64,000 nt of DNA from NCBI GenBank assembly GCA_027623195.1, contig JAQBUT010000005.1:64001-128000 (forward strand), in the 5' to 3' direction. Positions 1-9,936 of this stretch are shown one piece after another. The stretch is from Chloroflexota bacterium. Its GTDB lineage: Bacteria; Chloroflexota; Dehalococcoidia; Lucifugimonadales; JADFKI01. Position 1 is the first letter of the stretch, and the number at the start of each line of letters is the position of its first letter. The notes beneath the pieces were generated by a model. That model made no database searches. It was not told the origin of the DNA and saw nothing but the letters and a program-made list of their open reading frames with translations. A program made the position numbers and the translations under genes.

Positions 1-492
1 GACGACTTCAGGTCTTCCCTGGCGCTACGAATAGAGGCTCAAAACCACGCTCTGGCCAACATCCCAGAGGAGCAGGTGCGGTTCCACCTGTGCTGGGGCA
101 ACTACGAAGGCCCGCATACTGAAGACGTGCCCCTAAAAGACATCGTAGACATAATTCTGAAGGTAAACGCCGGTGCATACTCTGTGGAGGCGTCCAACCC
201 CCGTCATGCCCATGAATGGCAAGTGTGGCAGGATGTGAAGCTGCCGGACGGCAAGACCCTAATCCCAGGCGTTATAGACAGCACTACCAATTTCGTGGAG
301 CACCCGGAGGTGGTGGCAGAGCGCCTCACCCGTTACGCAAACCTGGTGGGCAAAGAAAACGTCATTGCCGGGACGGACTGTGGCTATGGCACCACTGCCG
401 AGTTGGCCAGAGTACACCCCACGGTCATGTGGGCGAAGTTCCGCTCGCAGGCGGAAGGCGCACGCCTGGCCAGCGAACGGCTGTGGGGCTAA
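1..492 (+). CDS. Cobalamin-independent methionine synthase II family (MetE C-terminal-like) protein, 5' end outside window
   Basis: Frame is open from base 1. Zn motifs HLCWGN and GTDCGYG; PGVID and VEHPEVVAERL signatures. Confidence 0.85.
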   Translation, partial: DDFRSSLALRIEAQNHALANIPEEQVRFHLCWGNYEGPHTEDVPLKDIVDIILKVNAGAYSVEASNPRHAHEWQVWQDVKLPDGKTLIPGVIDSTTNFVEHPEVVAERLTRYANLVGKENVIAGTDCGYGTTAELARVHPTVMWAKFRSQAEGARLASERLWG

Positions 493-596
493 AAGGCTTT
501 TTCATATATCGGGCGTTGGTGATTCAAGACAGACAGGAAATCTCGGTAGTCCAAAAAAGCTGATCGACCCCAGCCATGTGCTGTAACTGCCAGATT

Positions 597-631
597 AAAA
601 AAAGGGCCCTGGCCGCATTTGGCCAGGGCCC
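597..631 (-). terminator. Intrinsic terminator downstream of the MCP
   Basis: Perfect 11-bp stem GGGCCCTGGCC/GGCCAGGGCCC followed by T7 on the minus strand, between convergent genes. Confidence 0.75.
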
Positions 632-680
632 CATTTCCGCTTTGCACGATTAGACTGCGCTAAGCTTAAGAGTCGTCCTG

Positions 681-2708
681 CTAATTAGAGTCGGAGGCCA
701 GGACCGCCAGCCTGTCGGTCGTCTGCCCGGAAGCGACATCGCTATCCAGACGGAATGCTGCCACTGCCCCTTGGAGAACTCGCGTCATAGCGTCCAGCTC
801 CTGAGTCGATGCCACTACTTCTTCGACCTGGGCGCTCATCTCCTCAGCAGATGCGCTCATCTCTTCGGTAGCAGCGCTGTTTTCCTCTGAAACTGCAGTG
901 ATGCTCTCGATGGCCTTGGAGACTTCAGTGCTATTGGCGGCCATTTCTTCGCTTGCCGCGCTGTTTTCTTCAGTTATGGCGCTTACTTCGCCCATGGTCT
1001 TCACCATGTCGGCGCTGGAGGCAGTGACCTGCTCGGCTGATGCGGAGATCTGCTCGATCTGATTTCCGACACCCTCAACAGATTCCATGATATTGGCCAG
1101 AGCCTTGCCTGCCTCTTCGGCAAGCTTGACGCCCTCGGCCACTTCCTGGGTTCCGTCCTCAGCTGCCTTTATGGACTCCGCTACGCCCTTCTGGATGTTA
1201 TCTATGAGGCCAGCGATTTCCTTGGTTGCGTCGGTGACTCGCTCTGCCAGGCCCCTAACTTCGTCGGCCACAACCGCGAATCCTCGACCCTGCTCACCCG
1301 CTCGCGCCGCCTCGATTGCTGCGTTTAAGGCCAGAAGGTTGGTCTGAGCCGCAATGTCGTCGATGACGGCGACGATCTTGCCTATCTCCTCGGACTGTGC
1401 GCCCAACTGGGTGATCTGATTAGAAGCCTCAGCCATTGCCGAGCTGATCTTGCCCATGCCGACGATGGTCTGATTTACCATTTCGCCGCCGTTCCGGGCC
1501 GCTTCGCTGGTCTGGCGTGAACCAATTGCAGCCTCCTGCGCACTTCGAGCAACTTCACTGATGGCCGTGGACACCTGGTCTACGACGCTGGAGGCTTGCT
1601 CTACGCCCTGGGCTTGCTCCTGGCTACCCTTGGCTATCTGTTCTATTGCGGCAGAGAGCTGCTGCATGGACTGGGTAGTCGCCTGGATGCTCTCGGTCTG
1701 CTGACTGGTTCCCATGGCCACCTGCTGACTCACCTGGGTAATACCTGTGGTGGCCTGACCTGCCTGGTCGGCAGCACTGGCTAACTGTGAGCTCGCCGCT
1801 GCCAAACCAGTGGCAGTGCTCCTTACCTGACCGATAATCTCCATAAGGTTGTCGACCATCTGATTGGTGTTGCCGCCCATGTCCACCACCTCGTCAATCA
1901 TCTTGTTAAAGGCAGTGGCCATGTCACCTATTTCGTCTTTGGATTTAACTTGCACATGTTCCATTTGGACGTCGGCTTTCACAGTTAGGTTGCCATCGGC
2001 CACTTCCCTTGTTACCCGTGACAGGGCTGGCAACAGTCGTTCTGCCAGTTCAGTGGCAGCATCGCCGACACTACGCACGCCATTGGATATGCTCCGAGAC
2101 AGCAGGAATCCCATAACCATGGCGACGACTGCAGCGAGTACCGAAATGACGATTATGAGTGTGATTGCTGTCTGCTCGGTGGACTCAGCAGCGGCGAAGG
2201 ATTCTTCCATTTCCAGCTCTATGAGGTGGACGAGCTCTGCAAGCTCCACCTCCATCTCCTCTTCCTCAGCGACCATGATGTGAAGGGAGTTCAGTCCGCC
2301 TGCCGCGTCGCCTGCCCTATACAAGCTTGCGAGGAGTTCACCCGCTATAATGAACTCTTCGTACTGGTCCTCAACTAGGAAGAGCAAATCCAGAGCTTCG
2401 TCGTTGCCTCGCAACTGGTCCTCCAGCTGTGCGGACTCTTCATGAATCAGGTCCGTCTGATGCCTGGCTTGTTCAAGGACGGCCTCGTCCAGGGTCAGGG
2501 CGTACTCGAAGTAAAACTCGGTCTGGAGGGCAAGCTGCAATTCCAGATCCTTAGCCTCCTCGACTTGGGGCAGCGACTCGTGCACTATGTGGTCTGCGGC
2601 GGCTCCCATAGAATTAAGGCCGTTCCAGCTTACGCCGAAGACCACCAGCAGCATGGCAACTACTACTAAGAAGCCGCCAATCAATTTCGCTCTAATATTC
2701 AACTTCAT
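681..2708 (-). CDS. Methyl-accepting chemotaxis protein
   Basis: Two TM helices around an acidic helical sensor domain, HAMP ([13 protein letters not shown]), and the signalling tip [43 protein letters not shown]. Confidence 0.95.
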   Translation of the reverse strand: MKLNIRAKLIGGFLVVVAMLLVVFGVSWNGLNSMGAAADHIVHESLPQVEEAKDLELQLALQTEFYFEYALTLDEAVLEQARHQTDLIHEESAQLEDQLRGNDEALDLLFLVEDQYEEFIIAGELLASLYRAGDAAGGLNSLHIMVAEEEEMEVELAELVHLIELEMEESFAAAESTEQTAITLIIVISVLAAVVAMVMGFLLSRSISNGVRSVGDAATELAERLLPALSRVTREVADGNLTVKADVQMEHVQVKSKDEIGDMATAFNKMIDEVVDMGGNTNQMVDNLMEIIGQVRSTATGLAAASSQLASAADQAGQATTGITQVSQQVAMGTSQQTESIQATTQSMQQLSAAIEQIAKGSQEQAQGVEQASSVVDQVSTAISEVARSAQEAAIGSRQTSEAARNGGEMVNQTIVGMGKISSAMAEASNQITQLGAQSEEIGKIVAVIDDIAAQTNLLALNAAIEAARAGEQGRGFAVVADEVRGLAERVTDATKEIAGLIDNIQKGVAESIKAAEDGTQEVAEGVKLAEEAGKALANIMESVEGVGNQIEQISASAEQVTASSADMVKTMGEVSAITEENSAASEEMAANSTEVSKAIESITAVSEENSAATEEMSASAEEMSAQVEEVVASTQELDAMTRVLQGAVAAFRLDSDVASGQTTDRLAVLASDSN

Positions 2709-2744
2709 GACTCGGTCACTCCTCCTATTTGTGTGGGTGTATTT

Positions 2745-4505
2745 TTAGAATTCCCCAATGGTCCGGCTATTCAACGGCTGAACTGGCCGTGCGTTGCCTC
2801 CGAATATCGACATGAACTTATCCATCTGGGCCTTGGAGGCCTGTACCGGCTCCTGTACTACGAACCACTTAACGCCTTCCGAACACGGGGGGGTGGTAAG
2901 CGAACCATCGAACGCGAAGTATTGAGCCTCGCTAGGGAGGATGTCCGTAATGCTGATTCTAAGGTCCGAAGCTACGTTGCCCTCTTCTCTGGGAAGGAAG
3001 TCCCAGAACTTGGCGAAGAGAGGGTTCTCCTCGCCGCTTTCGAATAGCACGCCGATGACGCCAAGACCGCCCCCGGCGTTCTTGTGGACCAGGTGCATTT
3101 CCATGGGGTACCTGCCGCCGTCCACGGAGTTTTCGCTAGGTGTATGGAAATGGAACTGCAGAAGGTCGTACTCTCCACCGTCCAGGTAGGCCACGCTGCC
3201 TGAATCGTAGTTAATCTGGATTGTGTGGCCGTTGTTAAGAATTGTTACGACCGTATCGCCGTAGTTAGTGAAGACGGAATTATCGGCGCCGACTGTAAAT
3301 CTCGAGTCGATGTCAATTGGAGATTGCTCCACCCCGGTCTTGCAGGCGATGTAGTCGTCGGCCAGGTCTCCCCAGTAATTCGGGCCCGAATTGCCCTCGT
3401 AGGTCCAGTGAGGAGGGCCATCACCATGATCACCATTGCTAACCGTGGTGTCTCCGTGGTCAGGAGCGACCCCATGGGCATCGCCAGTGCTCCCGCCGGA
3501 AATGAGTCTTGCATGCAGAGGCTGCACCGGGCGATTGTTGTGCCCCAATATTCCGTTGAAAGCCGAGATCTGATCCCCGGACATCTCGATTGGGGTGCTC
3601 ATGACGTTCCAGTTCACGCCTTCGCTGCATGGCGGCGTGGTGAGGGAACCGGAGTATGTATAGATCTCCCTGTCGTGAGGTAGCATGGACTCGACGTTTA
3701 CGTTGACGCCATGAACCTCTTTTACCTCACCTGCGCCGTGAGGCAGGTTTGCAACAAGCGACTGGAAGAAGGGGTTGGAATGACCCTCTTCGATGAATAC
3801 GCCAACTACGGCCAGTTCGCCGCTCGCGCTCTTATGTACCAGGTGTCCCTCCATAGGGTAGTTCTGGGAGCTAACCTGATGCTCAGAAGGCGTATGGAAG
3901 TGGAACTGAAGCAGCTCGTACTGCTCGTGGTCGATGACTATCGAGCTGCCGGGCGCGTAATTCACCTGCAAAGTGTGGCCGTTGTTCAGGATGCTCAACG
4001 GCACGTCGTTGTAGTTGAATTGAATGCTCGCTGGCTGGGCAAAGGCCGAGCCGGCAATGTCAATTGGCGACTGGCTGGTGCCCGCCTTGCAGGCGATGAA
4101 CTCGTCTGCCAGGTCTCCCCATTTGCTCGGACCGAGGTCTCCCTCGTAGGCCCAGTGGGGCGCGGCGCTGCCATGATCCGTGCTGGCAGGAGCGGCATGG
4201 CCCGTAGCAGGTGCTGCATGGTCTGTACTGGCTGGTGCAGCATGGCCCGTAGCGGGAGCGGCATGGCTGTCGGCGGGAGCAGCGTGATCCGTGCTGGCAG
4301 GTGCAGCATGTGTATCTGAGGTCGCGACGCGCGACACCCTGGTCCTAGTCCTGGCACCGCTTTCCGCATCGCTGCTATCGGCAGCAGAAGCGGAAGTGCC
4401 ACAGCCCGAAAGGACTAACAAAAGGGCAAATGCCAGCGCCGATAAAGCGATGGCATACCCTTTGCCCTTAAAAAGGGCCGTTCTAAGGTTTTGATCACTG
4501 ATCAT
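2745..4505 (-). CDS. Lipoprotein with two alpha-carbonic anhydrase domains and a His/Ala/Pro repeat linker
   Basis: Lipobox LSGC. Two copies of HWxYEG...QSPIDI...NNGHT...QFHFHTPSE...ExHLVH...GSLTTPPCSEGV...NxRPVQPL. Confidence 0.93.
   Translation of the reverse strand: MISDQNLRTALFKGKGYAIALSALAFALLLVLSGCGTSASAADSSDAESGARTRTRVSRVATSDTHAAPASTDHAAPADSHAAPATGHAAPASTDHAAPATGHAAPASTDHGSAAPHWAYEGDLGPSKWGDLADEFIACKAGTSQSPIDIAGSAFAQPASIQFNYNDVPLSILNNGHTLQVNYAPGSSIVIDHEQYELLQFHFHTPSEHQVSSQNYPMEGHLVHKSASGELAVVGVFIEEGHSNPFFQSLVANLPHGAGEVKEVHGVNVNVESMLPHDREIYTYSGSLTTPPCSEGVNWNVMSTPIEMSGDQISAFNGILGHNNRPVQPLHARLISGGSTGDAHGVAPDHGDTTVSNGDHGDGPPHWTYEGNSGPNYWGDLADDYIACKTGVEQSPIDIDSRFTVGADNSVFTNYGDTVVTILNNGHTIQINYDSGSVAYLDGGEYDLLQFHFHTPSENSVDGGRYPMEMHLVHKNAGGGLGVIGVLFESGEENPLFAKFWDFLPREEGNVASDLRISITDILPSEAQYFAFDGSLTTPPCSEGVKWFVVQEPVQASKAQMDKFMSIFGGNARPVQPLNSRTIGEF
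4165..4320 (-). repeat. Coding tandem repeat, six HAAPA units in the carbonic anhydrase linker
   Basis: SDTHAAPASTDHAAPADSHAAPATGHAAPASTDHAAPATGHAAPASTDH; boundaries approximate. Confidence 0.85.
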
Positions 4506-4605
4506 GATTCACCTCTAGCATAGTTTTGTTCTTCAAAGGTCGGATTCTGCTCGACACTCAGAATCAGGTAAAAGCTATATTTAAGGTCCCTCGGCTTATC
4601 CGAAG

Positions 4606-4621
4606 GCCACGAACATGCCAA
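4606..4621 (-). promoter_or_regulatory. Possible sigma-54 (-24/-12) promoter for the CA-MCP pair
   Basis: TTGGCATGTTCGTGGC has GG-N10-GC spacing as in TGGCACG-N4-TTGC (2 mismatches), about 100 bp upstream of the ATG. Confidence 0.3.
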
Positions 4622-5093
4622 CTAATTTCAATCGCTATGAAAAGTCGTTGCATTTTTTTGACGATGTAGTCTCATATAAACGACAGAAACCGTCATAAAC
4701 GTGATATCTGTACTTGTATGGGAGACTAACGGCTGAGGCTATTACCTATTTCTGCGCGAGGGGACGGCGGCGGTGACATTTCCCGCCGGGCACCGACTCA
4801 AGGGTCCTGGGCATAGGCTGGAGGCACTTAATGGGTTTCACTGAGTGCGCGACAAGGCCTTTTCCCATCCGAATCTCAGTCTGGCCTGAAGGGGCTGTGG
4901 GCGCGACTTAAATCCGTTGAGCAATTCACAAATGCTTCCTACACGGAGGAAGTCGTTCTCGGATTTACCAGACCTAGAACGTCTCGTCAGGAAATTGACA
5001 CCAGTCCAGAGCGGGTGCTACGGTCTCCGCATCCTACACGTGCTTTCAGACGTCAGAACAATGCACATGGAATATCGATCAGAGGGAGAGTTC

Positions 5094-5906
5094 ATGGTTT
5101 CACAAGGCAAGCGGTTGCAGGGAAAGGTCGCCATAGTGACCGGCGCAGGTTCAAGGGGACCGGGAGTTGGGACCGGCAAGGCCACGGCTACGCTTTTCGC
5201 GCGGGAGGGGGCCAAGGTACTCCTGGTAGACAACGTAATCGCACGAGCCGAAGAAACTCTTGCTTCCATACTTTCCGAAGGGGGCGAGGCATCAGTCATA
5301 GAGGCCAACGTAACCGTCGAGGCGGAGTGCGAGCAGATCGTTCTCCAGGCTGTGGAGCGCTACGGCGGACTTAACATCCTCTTCAACAACGTTGGCATTG
5401 GCGCGCCAGGCACGGTGCTGGACGTGACGGAGGAGGATTTCACGCGAGTCATCGATACGAACCTCAAGAGCATGATAATGCTGAGCAAATACGCTGTGCC
5501 CAAGATGATAGAGGCGGGGTCCGGCTCGGTTATCAATATGTCGTCAATTGCCGGCATAAGAGCGGGAAGCAGCGGGGCCAGCATTTCCTACGCCGTTTCC
5601 AAAGGTGGCGTAATAGCGCTCACAACTCAGATGGCTGTGCACCACGGACGACAGAACGTTCGCGTGAATTGCATAGCGCCAGGACCGCTTTACACACCCA
5701 TGGTGGCACATCGGTTGTCCGAAGAGGCACGGGAGCTGAGACGAAAGAGCAATCCCCTGGGATTAGAGGGGACAGCCTGGGACATCGCGTGGACGGCGCT
5801 ATTCCTGGCCAGCGACGAGGCTCGATGGATTACGGGCGTTACCCTGCCCGTAGACGGAGGCGTGCTGGCAACAACACCTCTCTCAATGCTGGAACACCTG
5901 CGGTAG
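5094..5906 (+). CDS. SDR family NAD(P)-dependent oxidoreductase
   Basis: VAIVTGAG..GVG, NNVG, YAVSK, VNCIAPG, LPVDGG. Start placed at ATG 5094 after AGGGAG. Confidence 0.93.
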   Translation: MVSQGKRLQGKVAIVTGAGSRGPGVGTGKATATLFAREGAKVLLVDNVIARAEETLASILSEGGEASVIEANVTVEAECEQIVLQAVERYGGLNILFNNVGIGAPGTVLDVTEEDFTRVIDTNLKSMIMLSKYAVPKMIEAGSGSVINMSSIAGIRAGSSGASISYAVSKGGVIALTTQMAVHHGRQNVRVNCIAPGPLYTPMVAHRLSEEARELRRKSNPLGLEGTAWDIAWTALFLASDEARWITGVTLPVDGGVLATTPLSMLEHLR

Positions 5907-6104
5907 AGAAGACGTACAACTAGCCTTGGAACGCCACAATTTCCCGCACTAGTTGCGTCCCGTATTCGCTGACGTCTGACATATGCATGTTGTTGCCATC
6001 GCGCAACCAGCCTGAGTAAGATGTCACCTGCATATACGAGAAATCGCCATTACTATGTTCGCCGTTTGACTTAGCGGCGCCCTATTTTCAACAGGAGGAT
6101 TCGC

Positions 6105-6662
6105 ATGGCAAGAACACCTATAGTCACCCGGGATCAGGTGCCTGCGCAGTTTAAAGATGCCTTCGACAGGGAAACCGCCGACAGCGGCGGAGTGGTGGAT
6201 GCCGGTCCGGGATCGGTAATGATCAATAGCCCCGATATGCGAGAGCGTGCCAACAATCTGGTCAAGTATTTCAGGGAAGTGTCGGATCTCCCTCAGAGGA
6301 TTCAGGAACTGGCGATGGTGCTAACTGCCCGGCATATGGACTGCCAGTACATCTGGTATGCCCATTCCGCCCGCGCACGCCAACATGGATTGAGTGACGA
6401 ATTGGTGGATGCTTTGCGGGACAGCAAGCCGTTGCCAGCACTACCTGCCGATGAGGATGCCGTAGTAAAATATGCGACCGAGTTGTTCACCAATCACAAG
6501 GTCAGTCAGGCAACATTCGACACGGCTCTGGAACTTTTCGGCGCGCAACGATTGACCGAGTTGACCACTATGATGGGTTACTACACTCTGCTGGCGTTCA
6601 ACGCCAACGCCTTTGAAATCGATCTGCCCAGCGGCGGCACCGAGCCATTGCTTCCCATCTGA
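6105..6662 (+). CDS. Carboxymuconolactone decarboxylase/AhpD family protein
   Basis: QELAMVLTARHMDCQYIWYAH...ARQHGL and ELTTMMGYY patterns; RBS AGGAGG. Confidence 0.82.
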   Translation: MARTPIVTRDQVPAQFKDAFDRETADSGGVVDAGPGSVMINSPDMRERANNLVKYFREVSDLPQRIQELAMVLTARHMDCQYIWYAHSARARQHGLSDELVDALRDSKPLPALPADEDAVVKYATELFTNHKVSQATFDTALELFGAQRLTELTTMMGYYTLLAFNANAFEIDLPSGGTEPLLPI

Positions 6663-6766
6663 ATAGCCAGGGCGTCCAGGATAGGCGATGTACCTATCCA
6701 ACCTGCTCCTCAATTTAAGATGTAAGGGGGCTGGCAATAAGCGCCTAAACCGTGTGCATCACGCCG

Positions 6767-7450
6767 TCAATCGCGCGTAGCCGTCCATACGATGTGTTGT
6801 CCGCCGCCTTTACCCAGACCTTTCCCTCGCGCCGACACCCTGACTTCGTTCAACTCGAAGCCAGCATGGCGCAACCGCTGGGAAAACGCTCCATCAGGAC
6901 CAGGGGACCATATGGCCAATACCCCCTTCGGTCGTAATGCATTGAAGGCTGCGTTCAACCCCTGAAGGCCATAAAGCCAGTCGTTGCCCTTTCGGGTCAG
7001 CGCCTGTGGGCCGTTGTCAACGTCGAGGAGGATAGCATTGTAGTCACCCTTGGCCACCCTTATCATTTGGGCAACGTCGGCTTCATGGATTGTGACCCGG
7101 TTGTCATCCAGAGGACTGTCAGCCAGATGGGCCAGGAATCTCCGGTTCCAACTGACCACGGCAGGCACCAGTTCGGCCACGACTACCTCGGCCTCAGCTT
7201 CAAGTCCATTTAGGGCCGACCTCAAGGTGTATCCCATACCCAGGCCGCCAATGAGAACGCGAGCTTGCGGTTCTTTTGTGATTTCTCGACATGCAAGATT
7301 GGCCAAAGCATCTTCGGACCCATGAATACGACTGTTCATGAGTTCATAATTGCCCGCCTTAATTGAAAACTCAGTGTCACGCTGATGCAAACTAAGTTCT
7401 TCCCCATTCCCAGGCGTTTGCGCCGTGTCGAGTAACTTCCAGGGAATCAT
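6767..7450 (-). CDS. Spermidine synthase-like SAM-dependent methyltransferase
   Basis: VLIGGLGMGYTL, VAEL, AILLDVDNGP motifs. Confidence 0.85.
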   Translation of the reverse strand: MIPWKLLDTAQTPGNGEELSLHQRDTEFSIKAGNYELMNSRIHGSEDALANLACREITKEPQARVLIGGLGMGYTLRSALNGLEAEAEVVVAELVPAVVSWNRRFLAHLADSPLDDNRVTIHEADVAQMIRVAKGDYNAILLDVDNGPQALTRKGNDWLYGLQGLNAAFNALRPKGVLAIWSPGPDGAFSQRLRHAGFELNEVRVSARGKGLGKGGGQHIVWTATRD

Positions 7451-7660
7451 GGGGTCCTCTCGTGATACATTTTCGCTTTCACTGGGCTCATTTCAGGTCG
7501 AGTATTCAACGAGGTCGACCTTCGGGGAAGTGGGCTGGCAAGGCGTGGAGTTGATTGATTTCCGGTGGCATTCTCGGCTACGAGCGTTTAGCGACCAGTA
7601 GAGTATCAGGGGTCGAAGGGGATTTCCATTTCAGGACTTAACGGTGCGGTTTGGAGGATG

Positions 7661-7712
7661 TTTTGGTCGGGGAGACTGGATTTGAACCAGCGGCCCCTTG
7701 CACCCCATGCAG
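7661..7712 (-). repeat. Duplicated 3' part of tRNA-Pro (att site)
   Basis: 52 bp matching 16785-16836 with one mismatch; covers anticodon arm to CCA only. Confidence 0.92.
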
Positions 7713-7959
7713 TTTAACGCCCCAAAAAGCTAAGTGCCTGTTTAGACTGCTTCACGGGCCATGGAAACGCCTGCCATTTAACATATGCAGGCAGGGATTC
7801 GGCTTGCCACGTACTCCCGTATTTGCTGGCCTAATTCTACACCATGGCCTGCCAGACATCCAAGGGAATCAAATTAGTTAGGATGAACCCTAACAGATGA
7901 TCTGCTGATACCGATTCTCCCCATTAACAATCTGCCCCACTTTCGCTGAAGGTCTACAG

Positions 7960-8448
7960 TCAGAGTGATTCCCCTCTCGCGATCCTGTCTGCTTCCTTCA
8001 AGAACAGTTCCTTTCGGGACTCAGACAGTCCTTGGAAAGTACGCACCAGACGCCGTTCGTCATCCAGAGGGTGTTCCTGGGGGTTTTGCCGTTTCTCTAT
8101 CAGAGCCTCGATTCGCTCGAGGAAATTTTCCACATCGAAGGGCTTAATCAGAAAATCGTCGGCATCGATCTGTTTACTCTGGAGTACTGAAAATTCACTT
8201 GATACACCGGACATCATCAAGATCGAAGCGTCCGAGACACCGCGAGCCGCTCGGCAAAATTCATGTCCGTCCATTCCAGGCATCCAGACATCAGAGACTA
8301 TTATGTCAGGGCTGTAGTTCTCCAATATCTCAAGCGCCCGTTCCGCTGATTCGGCAACCTCAGTCTTGTAGCCGGCATCCTCCAACACGTCCTTGAGTAT
8401 TTCGCGCAAAGCCTGCTCATCGTCAACGATAAGGATATTATTTGGCAT
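7960..8448 (-). CDS. Response regulator receiver protein with short C-terminal helical tail
   Basis: ILIVDDE, SDVWMPGMDG (phospho-Asp), DDFLIKPF. Confidence 0.9.
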   Translation of the reverse strand: MPNNILIVDDEQALREILKDVLEDAGYKTEVAESAERALEILENYSPDIIVSDVWMPGMDGHEFCRAARGVSDASILMMSGVSSEFSVLQSKQIDADDFLIKPFDVENFLERIEALIEKRQNPQEHPLDDERRLVRTFQGLSESRKELFLKEADRIARGESL

Positions 8449-8712
8449 GATTTTACCTCTCCCAATTGCACTGCTATGGACAATCTGTAGATTGGCAATA
8501 TTGAGTCGGATAAAACCACATGGACGCCAGGGGTTTCAAATGACGGGAACGTCGCATCTTCTCAGATCCCGTGTTTCCTTCGCTGGTTCGTGGATAGTCT
8601 TGCGCGCGACCGTTAGGGACACCCCTTATTCCATCAAAGCCAGCAGGTACAGCGTGCGTTGCAAAATATAGTTAATGTCGCTGTTTCTCCGTAACAGACT
8701 CCGCAATTCTTA

Positions 8713-9867
8713 TTACTGCAGAATCTCCAGAAGCAGCTTGATTACCTGCTCTGGCTGTTCCTGTTGGACCCAGTGTCCGGCCCCTTCAAGCAGGTGAACG
8801 CCCTTCATCTGTGTGCAGGCTGTAGTCTTCATTTTCTCCAAAGCGCCTGGCCTCTGGAAGCTTCCCCAGTCACTGGCCCCGGCGATGAAATACGAAGGCA
8901 CATCAATCGTTGATCCAGAGAACATCCGCAGGTCGTGATTGTACCTGGGGTCGGTACCGCAGCGGTATGAGTTCAGTCCGCCCTGGAATCCGTTTCGGGA
9001 GTATTCGTTGCTGTAAACGGCTAATTCGTCGTCTGTGAGCCAACTGCACGCTACCACTTCGGATGCCGATGGCATCTCGGGCGCGACTGTTTCCGCCATA
9101 CCCTTTTCCAGGTCCATAACGTAATAAGTGGGAAGCTTGGCTAGTTCGGATGCGCTCCACGACTCCAGAGGGAAAGGTTTGTTCTGCATCCAGTCTGCAC
9201 TTTTGAAATGATAATAAGCGCGAAGGAAGTCGTGAACGCCCTGAGGGCAGCTGCGCATGTTCTCATCGGCCTCGCGTGTCGAGTAGTACCACTGGTAATG
9301 CTTGCGAGGTGGAAGTAGGTTGGCGAGATCAGCATGAATGTCGGGCTCGGCGATTATCCCGGTTGCAGGCTCGTCATTTGCAGAATTGAAGGGCATTGGC
9401 GGTAGCCCCGCAAAGGGAGCGCTCATCATCACCACCGAGCGGAACACATCTGGCCGAATGAGGGAACACCATGCGGCGACGGGCGAACCGTAGTCATGGC
9501 CTACCACCGCGGCCACCGAGCGGTATCCCATAGCGAATACTAGTCCCAAGGCATCCTTAACAATATTGGGCATGCGAAAGGAACTTACGTCGCCGTCGTA
9601 GCTGCTATCCCATCCCGTGGTTCGGCCGTAACCTCTCTGGTCGGGAGCGACAACGTGGAACCCCGCTTGGGAGAGTGGCAGCATCAGCTTTCTCCAACTG
9701 TACGCTAGCTCTGGAAAGCCGTGCAGCAGCAAGACACAGGGACGGCCATCCGTCTCGAACCCCGCCTCGAGAACATGTACGGTGAGACCATTATTGTTCT
9801 CCACGAACCGCGATCTTATCCCTGGAGGAAGCGTAGTTTCGCCGTAGGCTACATTCTTGTTAATCAT
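8713..9867 (-). CDS. Alpha/beta hydrolase, epoxide hydrolase-like
   Basis: HGFPE, APDQRGYG, GHDYG (Asp nucleophile), AGHWVQQEQP. Confidence 0.92.
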   Translation of the reverse strand: MINKNVAYGETTLPPGIRSRFVENNNGLTVHVLEAGFETDGRPCVLLLHGFPELAYSWRKLMLPLSQAGFHVVAPDQRGYGRTTGWDSSYDGDVSSFRMPNIVKDALGLVFAMGYRSVAAVVGHDYGSPVAAWCSLIRPDVFRSVVMMSAPFAGLPPMPFNSANDEPATGIIAEPDIHADLANLLPPRKHYQWYYSTREADENMRSCPQGVHDFLRAYYHFKSADWMQNKPFPLESWSASELAKLPTYYVMDLEKGMAETVAPEMPSASEVVACSWLTDDELAVYSNEYSRNGFQGGLNSYRCGTDPRYNHDLRMFSGSTIDVPSYFIAGASDWGSFQRPGALEKMKTTACTQMKGVHLLEGAGHWVQQEQPEQVIKLLLEILQ

Positions 9868-9936
9868 GTTTCTTCAATTTGGATAACCCCATGTCCCAAA
9901 CTCTCGATTCAGAATCTCGATGATTCACTGCGAGCC

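Noticed and set aside
4165..4320. Possible CRISPR-like repeat array
   Set aside because: In-frame coding repeats with no unique spacers and no cas genes; no CRISPR array seen in the window.
7651..7881. 76-aa ORF, or a second tRNA-Pro gene
   Set aside because: The ORF is antisense translation of the tRNA fragment; the fragment lacks the D arm and 5' acceptor strand.
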